This document shows, piece after piece, positions 55,924-64,000 of a stretch of DNA of 64,000 bases. Location: positions 134,240 to 198,239 of the forward strand of contig CALNYG010000005.1 of assembly GCA_942490825.1 (NCBI GenBank), written 5' to 3'. The notes beneath the pieces were generated by a model. It was not told the origin of the DNA. It did no database searches and saw only the letters and a program-made list of their open reading frames with translations. Numbering within the stretch: the stretch's first letter is position 1; each line of letters begins with the position of its first letter. The position numbers were made by a program, and so were the translations under genes. The DNA comes from Candidatus Moraniibacteriota bacterium. Its GTDB lineage: Bacteria > Patescibacteriota > Minisyncoccia > Moranbacterales > GCA-2747515.

Positions 55924-56658
55924 CTAATCTATGTCTTTTACATTATCAAAAATTTCTTGAACGTCATCTTGGCTGTCGATGATCTCGAAAAGTTCATTAT
56001 ACTTTATTTCAGTCTCTTTGTCAATATTGATTAGTTGTTTTGAGATATAGTTTATTTTTAAATCGCTTACTTTAAAATTTTCTTCTTCAAGTTTATTGTA
56101 AACTTTTTGTAAATCTGTTTTTTCGGTAATTACTAATATTTCGTTTTTTTCTATTATTTTTAAATCTTTTGCACCAGCTTCAATTATTTCTAATTCAGCA
56201 GATTCTAAGTCTTCAGTTTCTAAAATAAATTGTCCAACTTCTTCGAATTGAAAACTGACACTTCCGTTTGGTACGAATTTTCCTCCGTTCTTTTTTAATA
56301 ATGATTTTATTTCGCTGACGGTTCGGTTTATATTATCGGTGGCACAAAGGATCATCATGGCGATCATTTCGTCTGTGTTGGTGGGGAAGTAGGCTTCGTA
56401 AAATACTTCTTCGATTTTTCCTTCGCCATTTTCTCCTAATCCTCTTTTGATGGCTCGCTGGATGTTGTCTTTGGGCATGTTGGCTTTTTTGGCTTGATCG
56501 ATGGCTAGTTTTAGGCTCGTGTTTTTTTCTATGTCATCGCCTCCGTTTTGGACTAGGATTATTATTGCTTTGGCTAGACGGGTGAATACTTTGGATCTTT
56601 TTTTGTCTTGGGCTTCTTTGCGGTGTTTTATTCCTGACCATTTATTGTGTCCTGACAT
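55924..56658 (-). CDS. yebC: YebC/PmpR-family transcriptional regulator
   Basis: 244 aa. MSGHNKWSGIKHRKEAQDKKRSKVFTRLAKAI is the canonical N-terminus. Confidence 0.9.
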   Translation of the reverse strand: MSGHNKWSGIKHRKEAQDKKRSKVFTRLAKAIIILVQNGGDDIEKNTSLKLAIDQAKKANMPKDNIQRAIKRGLGENGEGKIEEVFYEAYFPTNTDEMIAMMILCATDNINRTVSEIKSLLKKNGGKFVPNGSVSFQFEEVGQFILETEDLESAELEIIEAGAKDLKIIEKNEILVITEKTDLQKVYNKLEEENFKVSDLKINYISKQLINIDKETEIKYNELFEIIDSQDDVQEIFDNVKDID

Positions 56659-56837
56659 GGTTTTTTGGTTTAAGGTTTATTGTTTTTATTGTAGGGGTTA
56701 TTTTTGAGTTAGTAAATAGGGGACTTGGTATTTGGAAAAAATTTTTGAAATTGGGCTTGACTTATTATTTTTATATTGATAGTTTTAAAATAGACTTGAT
56801 TAGTTTATTTTTTAAACTTAAAAACGAGAGGTTTGTT

Positions 56838-57242
56838 ATGCCGAGTTCAAACGATGTAGAACGCTATGTAAAAGAAAAAACATGCGATTGCGGCAAAGGA
56901 AAGCTAAATCTTTGTGCTACAAGAAGTAAACTTACAGGAAGGCTTCTTGCTCCTCGCGATAGAGCTTTAACGGAATATTGTCCATCCTGCAGGCAGGAAA
57001 GTAAATTTGAAGTTCATTGGCCTAAAGTAAGGTTAAAACCAATTTTCGAGAGAATTGATAATTCTAAAAGAATAGCTTTTTTACAAGGATTTACAAGGAG
57101 AAAAGCGATGACCAATGAAGAAAAAATAGATGGAAGGGGTTGTTTATATTTTATTATGGCTGGAATAGCAGCATGGATAACATTTATAATAGGAGTTTTC
57201 TATCGTGATGAAATATGGCAGTGGTTAAAAGTCATGTTTTAG
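56838..57242 (+). CDS. Hypothetical small protein with Cys motifs and a C-terminal TM helix (orphan)
   Basis: The ATG at 56838 is preceded by GAGAGG. The product is 134 aa. It has CDCGKGKLNLC ... CPSC and a C-terminal FIMAGIAAWITFIIGVF. Confidence 0.5.
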   Translation: MPSSNDVERYVKEKTCDCGKGKLNLCATRSKLTGRLLAPRDRALTEYCPSCRQESKFEVHWPKVRLKPIFERIDNSKRIAFLQGFTRRKAMTNEEKIDGRGCLYFIMAGIAAWITFIIGVFYRDEIWQWLKVMF

Positions 57243-57247
57243 GGGTT

Positions 57248-57285
57248 GGCGGGTATTTGTAGTTACAAATCCCGCCCTATTTTTA
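57248..57285. terminator. Bidirectional intrinsic terminator
   Basis: GGCGGGTATTTGTA-gt-TACAAATCCCGCC followed by CTATTTTTATTT. Confidence 0.75.
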
Positions 57286-57286
57286 T

Positions 57287-59468
57287 TTAAACAAGCTTTA
57301 CAATTTTAAAATTTTCAGTTAAAGTAAAATTTTTATTTTCTATAAATACAAAAGCGATCACTTTATTTTTGAATAATGCTAAATAATTATTTTTAAAAAT
57401 ATTTGTTAAAAAAGAATTAACCACAGGTAAATTTTTACTTAAAAATAAATTAAGTTTTTCTGAAAAACTATTTAGCCAAAAAACATTTTTAATCTCAGAT
57501 TCGTTTTTATTTTCAGTATCTTTAGTAATAATTTTTCTGGCAATTTTTTGTTTAAAATTTTCTTCTTGCCAGTTTTTTTCATTCAATAATGCTTGAGCGA
57601 TTATTTCTTGAACTTCAGGATTTTCTAATCCACTTTCTGCACTACTTATCCACTGCCATTCACCGTTAATTTTTTCATACGACTCATCATCTTTAATCTT
57701 ATCTTTTTCATAATAAACTTTATCCACAACTTTTCCATCGGGTTGTCGTAATTCAATAAAACTTTTTCTATTTGGTAAAGAAAGCACGGAATGTTCCCTA
57801 GTGATTTTTTTACGTTCTTTCTTTTTTATTTCTAATTTTTCTCTGATCGGATGATTAACTAATTTATCTTCTTTAGCTCCAGTAGCGATACTCCAATTCT
57901 CTAAATTAATTTTTTCTCCTGATTTATTTTCAATAACAATATATTCATTTAAAGCATCTAGACCTTTTGGATTGGGAACAATTTTTATTATTTTTATATC
58001 ATGTTTTGGATATTTTTTCACTTCGATTGTAAAGTTTTTTACAACCTCTTCGCTTTCATCTTGAATTCTTAAACTTCCATAATAAATTCCAGTTTTTAAA
58101 TATTTATGTTTAGTTTCAGCTTTGTAACTTTTTCGTCCGTCGCCAAAATCCCAGCGAATTTTTAATTCTTCACCATCGATATCGAAAGCTTTGACTGCAA
58201 AATTTGTGTAAACGTTTTTATAACTTTTTTTATCGATTTTGAAATCTTTAATTTCAGGTAAATTGTTAAATTTATTTTTTGCATTGGGTGTTAGAAATTT
58301 ACTCCAGCGCCAATTATTACTTTTTAAATCAAAATTGTAAGAAATGCTTTCTCGAGCACTTTCGTAATTTATTTCTGATTTAATTTTTTCGTTTGGTGCG
58401 ATTAAATAAACAGTTTCACCTCCAGAATTATTTAAGGCAAAATCAAAATCTTTTCGGTAAATTGTAAAATAAGAATTAGCTGAAATTTTTTGCTCTTTGT
58501 TAAAAATATAATTACTAGATTTTGAACTATCTTTCATTATCCAATTTTCTAAATTAACTTCAAAATTGTTTGGGTTGTAAATTTCGATAAATTCTTCAGT
58601 TGCTTCGTCGCCGATTGGGTTGGGTAAAATTTCAGATAGTTGCAGTTTTGGATATGTTTTAGTTAAGGGGTTTTCATTGTTTTTTTCATTAGGAGTTGGA
58701 TTAATCCAGTACCAATTTTTTTCATCAAAATTAAATGATTGTCCTTCAGTTGTTTCTTGATATGAAATGTCGTATTTAATGTTTGGATTAGGTGAAATCA
58801 AAGTTAAAGTTACGACATCACCTTCAGTTGCATTATTTCTCAAATCGAAAATTTGATTATTATTCTCATTAGTTAAAATTAAAAATTCGTTTCCTTCAAT
58901 TTTTTCATTATCAAAAATAAATTCTCTTTTTTGTCTCAGGAGTAGAGTTTTTATTTTTAGCAATATATTCTAATTTCCAATTTTTTAATTCAATAAGTTC
59001 ATCATTTGGATTGTAAATTTCTATAAACTCTTGGTTATCATCACTTCCGATTGCATTCGGAAAAATTTCATTAATAAAAATTTCTGGATAATTTTTAGTT
59101 GCGGGGTTTCCTAGATTTTTTTCTCCTGGCGTCAAGTTGATGATGTAATTTTCATTTTTGTCAAAATTAAAAGATAATCCTTCAAAGGAATTTTCATAAG
59201 AAAAGATTGACTGAATATTTGGATTTGGGCTTTCTAAATAAATTGTGTCAGTGTCATTATTTAAAGTAAAAGAAAAATCTTTTTTATTATAAAAAACTAA
59301 GTATTCAAAGGGCTTAATTTCAATATTTTTTAAAACTGTTTTTGTGGTAGATGTGTCGTGTAAAATCCAACCGTTTAAATTTACAGTGGTATCGTTGGGA
59401 TTATAAATTTCTATAAATTCATTTTCTGTATCTGTTCCTTTGGGATTTGGTAAGGCTTCATTGATGAT
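57287..59468 (-). pseudogene. Multi-lamin-tail-domain (LTD) + PKD surface protein, broken by a frameshift and lacking its own start
   Basis: The frame is open from directly after the TAA at 59469-59471 (IINEALPNPKGTDTENEFIEIYNPND...) to 58914. It then shifts at an A6 run (plus-strand T6 at 58927-58932) into ORF 57287-58963. That ORF carries two more LTDs (LSEILPNPIGDEATEEFIEIYNPNN; IVPNPKGLDALNEYIVIEN) and a PKD-like WDFGDG segment. Confidence 0.7.
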
Positions 59469-60020
59469 TTATGCACAATCATTATCGCAAGCAATGCCAT
59501 CTTTATTACCATCACGTCGTGAACAGCCACAAGAATTAAGTTGATACTGAGCTTCTTTACAAGAACTCATTTGAGGACATGTTTTTTTACAATTACATGT
59601 AAAGGAGCTAGTTGATTTTAGATTTGTAATTTTTTCAGCCGCCGCTTTTTCTTTCGTTAATTTTTCAGCCGCCGCTTTTTCTTTTTCAATTTGAGCTGCT
59701 TTTTCTTCTTGTATTTTTTTAAGAGCAACACGTTCTTTTTTTTCTTCCTCTGCTTTTTCTTCCGCTAATTTTTCAGCCTCTGCTTTTTCTTTTTCAATTT
59801 GAGCCTCTTTTTCTTTTTCTTTCGCTAATTTTTCAGCCTCTGCTTTTTCAATTTGAGCCTTTTTTTCTTCTTCCTTTGTTTTTTTATCAATACTACTTTC
59901 TTCTTGTGTATTTTCATTTACAGATGTTGCCTCTACCTGTTTAGTTGGGGTTGGATTTTCACAGGCACTTAAAACTATTGTAAGTAATAATAAAAATATA
60001 ATTTTTTTCATATTTTTCAC
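59469..60020 (-). CDS. Lipoprotein with a K/A/E coiled-coil repeat and a C-terminal Excalibur-like Ca-binding Cys motif
   Basis: 183 aa. Lipobox LLLTIVLSAC. Tandem AQIEKEKAEAEKLAEEK repeats. C-terminal CKEAQYQLNSCGCSRRDGNKDGIACDNDC. Confidence 0.7.
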   Translation of the reverse strand: MKNMKKIIFLLLLTIVLSACENPTPTKQVEATSVNENTQEESSIDKKTKEEEKKAQIEKAEAEKLAKEKEKEAQIEKEKAEAEKLAEEKAEEEKKERVALKKIQEEKAAQIEKEKAAAEKLTKEKAAAEKITNLKSTSSFTCNCKKTCPQMSSCKEAQYQLNSCGCSRRDGNKDGIACDNDCA

Positions 60021-60285
60021 TTTTTAAAAAATTAACTTAATTTATTATAACATTTACAATTCTCAAAAAGTCAAATAAATAATCTGCTAGCGTTTCACTC
60101 TTAAAAAATTATGTTAATTTAAATTAAAAAATAAATAAAAAATAAAAACGAAAATATTTTTTTGAAAGATTTTTGAACATGTATTTTTTGGAGAAAACGA
60201 AAAAAACAATAGATTTATAAAATCTATTGAATATTTTTTAAGTTGTTAATTAAAAACTGCTAAATTTAGCAGTTTAGATTTTTAT

Positions 60286-60876
60286 TTATTTTTCTGTGTT
60301 TTTCGCTGTAACTTTTTTGTCATCACATTTTTTCTTTTTATAAAAAGTTTTGCGTTGATTTTTGCTTTGCAATTCTATTAGAATTGCTTTTATATTATAT
60401 GGATTTGGTACTGATCGGAAAACAAATTTTGATTGTTCAGCAGCAGTTTGAACATGAACATGACCGTAATTCAAAATAGTTGGAATAAATCCAGAAACAT
60501 TAGTTGATATATCTTGAATTTGCAAAAATCCTAATTCACTAACATGTCGAGAAAATAAACCTTTTTGTTCAACATTAATCACACGTTTATTGGTGATGAT
60601 CCAAACATCTAAATAATAATCAAACCAAATTACAAAACTATAAACCCAAATTATTAAAAGTAGTAAAGATTGAAAAAAATAAAATATAATTTCAGAGTAT
60701 GAACTATTAAAGTCACTAAAAATATATGGGTTTAAAATTACGCCGACTAGCATTATGAGAAGTAAAAGAATGACAGGAAAATATTGTTTTAAAATATCAA
60801 ACCAGTGGCGATGAAAAATATGAAGAATTCTTTCATTAGCGGCAAGGTTTGAAAAATGATAATCTATTGGTTTCAT
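60286..60876 (-). CDS. Bacterial PH-domain (bPH_2/YdbT-like) membrane protein
   Basis: 196 aa with ERILHIFHRHWF, two TM helices, then TNKRVINVEQKGLFSRHVSEL...IQDI. Confidence 0.65.
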   Translation of the reverse strand: MKPIDYHFSNLAANERILHIFHRHWFDILKQYFPVILLLLIMLVGVILNPYIFSDFNSSYSEIIFYFFQSLLLLIIWVYSFVIWFDYYLDVWIITNKRVINVEQKGLFSRHVSELGFLQIQDISTNVSGFIPTILNYGHVHVQTAAEQSKFVFRSVPNPYNIKAILIELQSKNQRKTFYKKKKCDDKKVTAKNTEK

Positions 60877-61109
60877 AATGATTGATAATAAAGATCGGAG
60901 GGTGGTGAAAAATTACCAAAAGGAATTTGGATAAAAAAATAAATGTTAGCGATTATTAAAGTGGTGGTAATTATGAAAAAAATTATTATCATTGGGCTGG
61001 TTAGTTTGGGATTGATAGAATATTTTTTTAGATGATAAGTTGCTAAAAATCCGATGAATAGGATTCCTAGTATAAATATGAAGTATAGGATTGTTAGAGT
61101 TATTTGCAT
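60873..61109 (-). CDS. Small two-TM membrane protein
   Basis: 78 aa. Its stop overlaps the downstream start (ATGA). Confidence 0.5.
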   Translation of the reverse strand: MQITLTILYFIFILGILFIGFLATYHLKKYSINPKLTSPMIIIFFIITTTLIIANIYFFIQIPFGNFSPPSDLYYQSL

Positions 61110-61122
61110 TATTTTTGAAAAG

Positions 61123-62094
61123 TTATTCTACACAACCAACATACCTTATCTGATCAACATCTGCTATATTTAAATCTTTATAAATTTTGTCAAAATCTAC
61201 TTTATTTCCATTACAAACTAAATCATTTTCTATTTTATATTTATTTTCTAAATTTTTAAATTCTTTATTTTTAATTAGAGCTTCATTGGCACAATAAAGA
61301 TCATCAATATCATGTTCACAATCTTCGACATATTTAGTTTCAGCTATTTTTTTAAAGCTATTATCATTTAAATTTATTTCATAAAAATCAGCTGTAGCAA
61401 CTCCTGCATCACCAAAACCACTTCTTAATATAATAGAATTTTTATTTTTATTAAAATAAACTATTTTAGTAATCTTTAACTTTTCATTTCCAATATTATT
61501 AAAAATAACATTATTTTCACCACTAGATAAATTATAAGAACCAACAGAACACTCATCATTAGCAATAAAATTACAAGGTCCTTTCAGATAAAAAATTTGA
61601 TTGTTACCTATAAAAAAACTGGCTATAGAATTACCCGAACTATCACCTATATTCAAGCTTTCAATTTTTAAATTATTTAAATCAAGACTTGATAAATCTT
61701 TATTTTCATTAATAAAATAAATTTGATTTTTATAATAAAAAGAATTACGAAAAGGAACTCCATCTAAAGAAATCATTTCCTTCTTTTCTTTAGTATTTAT
61801 ATTATAAAGAAAAAATTCTATTTTTTCACCGCCCATGCCATCATTTAAAAGTTTTCTTTCAACAAAAAAAATATTTCCCTTTTCTGAAACATTATTATTT
61901 TTTTGAATTTCAATATCTTTTTCTACATTTTCAGCAACATTACTTTCCTCTTCAGCTAAAATCTCCTCTTTTTTAATTTCATTTCTATTTAAAGATATTG
62001 AATTATTTCTTAAAACATAAAACAACAATACCCCTATTACTCCCAATAGAAAAACAATAATCGAAACGTAAATCAACTTTAAATTTTTTTTCAT
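61123..62094 (-). CDS. Hypothetical membrane-anchored protein
   Basis: 323 aa with an N-terminal TM. No motif recognised. Confidence 0.55.
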   Translation of the reverse strand: MKKNLKLIYVSIIVFLLGVIGVLLFYVLRNNSISLNRNEIKKEEILAEEESNVAENVEKDIEIQKNNNVSEKGNIFFVERKLLNDGMGGEKIEFFLYNINTKEKKEMISLDGVPFRNSFYYKNQIYFINENKDLSSLDLNNLKIESLNIGDSSGNSIASFFIGNNQIFYLKGPCNFIANDECSVGSYNLSSGENNVIFNNIGNEKLKITKIVYFNKNKNSIILRSGFGDAGVATADFYEINLNDNSFKKIAETKYVEDCEHDIDDLYCANEALIKNKEFKNLENKYKIENDLVCNGNKVDFDKIYKDLNIADVDQIRYVGCVE

Positions 62095-62113
62095 ATATTT
62101 AATTTAAACAAAA

Positions 62114-63151
62114 TTATAATAATTTATCTTGCGAGCTAGATTTCTCAATATGTTCATAACCCAACTCTGTAACTATTCTACCCCGAGGTGAACGAGTAAT
62201 CAAGCCCAACTGCATCAAAAACGGTTCATAAACATCCTCAATAGTTTGCACTTCTTCAGATAACGCATTAGCAATAGTTTGAATTCCGACTGGACCACCT
62301 TTAAATTTTTCAATAATTAATTTTAAAAAAGCACGATCGGTAGATTCTAATCCTTTATCATCAACATCTAACATTTTCAAAGTTTTTTCAGCGACAAAAT
62401 CGTCAATACTTTCATCATCATGAACTTCAGACCAATCACGAGCTCGTTTTAAAAGGCGGTTGGCAATACGTGGAGTTTGGCGAGCAGACTTTGCTAATTT
62501 TTTAGCTCCCTCTAACGTTACTTTGCAATTTAAAATTGAGGCATTTCGTGTAATGATTTCCTTGATATTATCTTCTCCGTAAAACTCAAGTCGATGAATT
62601 ACGCCAAAACGATCTCGCAATGGACCAGTCAAAGATCCCATTCGAGTTGTCGCTCCGATCAAAGTAAATTTAGGTAAATCAATTTGTAAGGCTTGTGCAC
62701 TCGGACCTTTTCCAACTACTAAATCAAGTTTGTGATCCTCCATGGCAGGGTAGAGAACTTCTTCAACAGATTTATTCAATCGATGAATTTCGTCAATAAA
62801 AAGAACATCGCCATCTTGTAAATTTGTTAAAATAGAACCTAGGTCGCCAACTCGTTCGATTGCTGGTCCAGATGTGGTTTTTATATTTACATTCATTTCT
62901 TTAGCAATAATATTTGCTAAAGTTGTTTTTCCTAATCCTGGTGGTCCGTAGAGAAGTACATGTTCTAAAGATTCACCTCTTTTTTTTGCGGCTCCGAGAA
63001 AAATTTTAAGTTGTTTTTTTATTTTTTCTTGTCCGACATATTCATCTAATTTTTGTGGTCGCAAAGTTAATTCAAAAGAATCATCTTCTGTTGTTTCTAC
63101 AATTTTTGTCTCTTTATTATTTTCAGGTTTTTCGCTTTGTTTTTCAATCAT
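62114..63151 (-). CDS. ruvB: Holliday junction branch-migration helicase RuvB
   Basis: 345 aa. [33 protein letters not shown]. Confidence 0.95.
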   Translation of the reverse strand: MIEKQSEKPENNKETKIVETTEDDSFELTLRPQKLDEYVGQEKIKKQLKIFLGAAKKRGESLEHVLLYGPPGLGKTTLANIIAKEMNVNIKTTSGPAIERVGDLGSILTNLQDGDVLFIDEIHRLNKSVEEVLYPAMEDHKLDLVVGKGPSAQALQIDLPKFTLIGATTRMGSLTGPLRDRFGVIHRLEFYGEDNIKEIITRNASILNCKVTLEGAKKLAKSARQTPRIANRLLKRARDWSEVHDDESIDDFVAEKTLKMLDVDDKGLESTDRAFLKLIIEKFKGGPVGIQTIANALSEEVQTIEDVYEPFLMQLGLITRSPRGRIVTELGYEHIEKSSSQDKLL

Positions 63152-63218
63152 TGGGATGGATAGTTAGATTTTAAGATGTTTGGGTTTGTAAAAATAAATT
63201 TAGATTGTTTATAATAAA

Positions 63219-63367
63219 GTGCTCGCCGCACGGGCTATGATACATATCCGCAGGGGTTTGTTAGTGGCAAACCCCTACATAATTTTAAGTTTATTGCAGG
63301 GCAGGCACAAGGCACTGCCCCTACAAAATTATACTTCCGTAGGGAACGGTTTGAAACCGTTCCCTAC
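63219..63367. repeat. Repeat island: reverse 19-mer plus three GC-rich hairpins
   Basis: GTGCTCGCCGCACGGGCT (63219-63236); AGGGGTTTG-ttagtgg-CAAACCCCT (63252-63276); GGGCAG-gcacaaggca-CTGCCC (about 63298-63320); GTAGGGAACGGTT-tga-AACCGTTCCCTAC (63339-63367). Confidence 0.75.
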
Positions 63368-63536
63368 AATCTTGCTGGAAGTAGTGTGTCGTAGACCACC
63401 CATTCTGACTTTAAATATTTTGAACTATGGAGGTGTCAGTATGGTTACATTTTATAAAATAAAGTTTAAAATGACTGTAGAATTGGGGATTTTTTGATAT
63501 TATTAATTTTTTCTCTTCCGCTCATTATAGCATCGC

Positions 63537-63565
63537 TTGACACGATTTCAAAATCGTGATATTAT
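63537..63565 (+). promoter_or_regulatory. Consensus promoter TTGACA-17-TATTAT
   Basis: Spacing counted directly. No plausible protein gene follows on this strand. Confidence 0.65.
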
Positions 63566-63570
63566 ACGGG

Positions 63571-63836
63571 GTCACATTAACAACAGGGAAAAATTATGTA
63601 ATAGTAATTTTAGGACTGTAGACAGTTTGGGCTTTCTATCTTTTAGCCTAAGCACGGGAGTTGTTTTGTCCAGACTGGGTAAGGTGGTTTCGGCTGCGTT
63701 ATTCCTCGACTCTTCTCTCACCTCATCAATCATTGATTATTGAGTATTGTCTACAGCCTTGAGATTGTTATCACTTACATTAAGTTAAGTGCAAGATTTG
63801 AAAAAAATCAACCTAAGTTTTGAGGTTGATTTTTTA
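63571..63836 (+). ncRNA. Candidate structured non-coding RNA (about 265 nt), family not identified
   Basis: It starts at a GGGG about 6 nt after the -10 and ends at the terminator AAAAAATCAACC-taagttttg-AGGTTGATTTTTT. Long-range pairings: 63616-63624 CTGTAGACA with 63749-63757 TGTCTACAG; 63598-63611 with 63761-63774 (13/14 including G-U); 63573-63580 with 63785-63791. Confidence 0.5.
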
Positions 63837-64000
63837 ATTTGAACTATTTTTAATTGAAAACCAGTCTCCGTTCGTTATAAAAATAATGTGATCTAAAAAA
63901 TTAAGTCTGAGAATGTCAGCACCTTTTTCTAAAACATCGGTTGTGGTGATATCTTGTTGGGAAGGTTTTAAATCGCCAGTGGGGTGGTTGTGCAAAACTA
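63834..64000 (-). CDS. radC: RadC-like JAB/MPN-domain protein, C-terminal part (gene continues beyond the window)
   Basis: My translation of the minus strand is ...VLHNHPTGDLKPSQQDITTTDVLEKGADILRLNFLDHIIFITNGDWFSIKNSSN-stop. It carries the HNHPxG JAMM motif. Confidence 0.75.
   Translation of the reverse strand, partial: VLHNHPTGDLKPSQQDITTTDVLEKGADILRLNFLDHIIFITNGDWFSIKNSSN

Noticed and set aside
59600-59880. Tandem nucleotide repeats (TTTTTCAGCCGCCGCTTTTTCTTT...), considered as a possible non-coding array.
   Set aside because: They lie in frame within the lipoprotein ORF and encode the K/A/E coiled-coil repeats (EKAAAEKL / AQIEKEKAEAEKL).
63537-63743. 68-aa ORF in the track overlapping the ncRNA candidate.
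   Set aside because: Its start overlaps the -35 hexamer. It has no RBS, and its composition is unlike the other proteins.
63571-63836. Assigning the ncRNA candidate to tmRNA, SRP RNA or RNase P RNA.
   Set aside because: There is no tRNA-like T-arm/acceptor end, no GGAA/AGCAGC helix-8 motif, and no GAAAGUCC / ACAGAA P4 elements. It is left unassigned.

Overview
This is a visibly AT-rich, gene-dense bacterial chromosome segment. Its gene content suggests a small-genome Patescibacteria/CPR-type organism: a PrgI+VirB4 module, DUF4446, lamin-tail-domain surface proteins, ComF/RadC, O-antigen-ligase-like genes and almost no biosynthetic operons. This assignment is an inference, not a database result. 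The standard genetic code applies, because TGA terminates conserved genes.

The window spans the replication origin. dnaA and dnaN are flanked by perfect TTATCCACA boxes at about 41.8 and 43.4 kb. About 40 kb away, an ORF-free 0.8-kb region carries six parS-like palindromes (TGTTCCACGTGGAACA), which I read as a candidate centromere.

Housekeeping genes present: nrdD, tsaE, cyclophilin, yidC-jag, a ZIP transporter, apbE, infB, a Nudix hydrolase, comF, clpC, dnaA, dnaN, a DUF721/DciA-like gene, PBP1A, ruvC, yebC, ruvB, a partial radC and tRNA-Gly(UCC).

Accessory or unusual content:
- A PrgI/VirB4 secretion-like operon ends in a 997-aa Cys-rich surface protein.
- A surface-glycan locus has two O-antigen-ligase paralogs, a flippase and a GT2 gene broken at an A8 tract.
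- A cluster of four ATP-grasp ligase genes sits with a 7TM protein and a retropepsin-like domain. One ligase has an in-frame TGA at a Trp position conserved in its neighbouring paralog.
- nrdD is split. Its glycyl-radical segment lies on a separate 55-codon ORF behind about 230 nt that include a MITE-like repeat.
- An IS1-family element with an 8-bp target duplication has inserted into the 3' end of a secreted-protein gene.
- A lipoprotein/lamin-tail-domain gene is broken by a TAA codon and an A6 frameshift.
- Almost every longer intergenic region is a mosaic of at least four repeat families: MITE-like ATGTCATTCCGGAA elements, a 145-bp twin-hairpin element, a GC-rich 19-mer in 9 copies, and GGAAC/GTTCC-stem hairpins.
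- A roughly 265-nt candidate structured ncRNA at about 63.57-63.84 kb is bracketed by a consensus promoter and an intrinsic terminator. I could not assign it to a known family.

All protein family calls rest on motifs read from the supplied translations. No searches were run.
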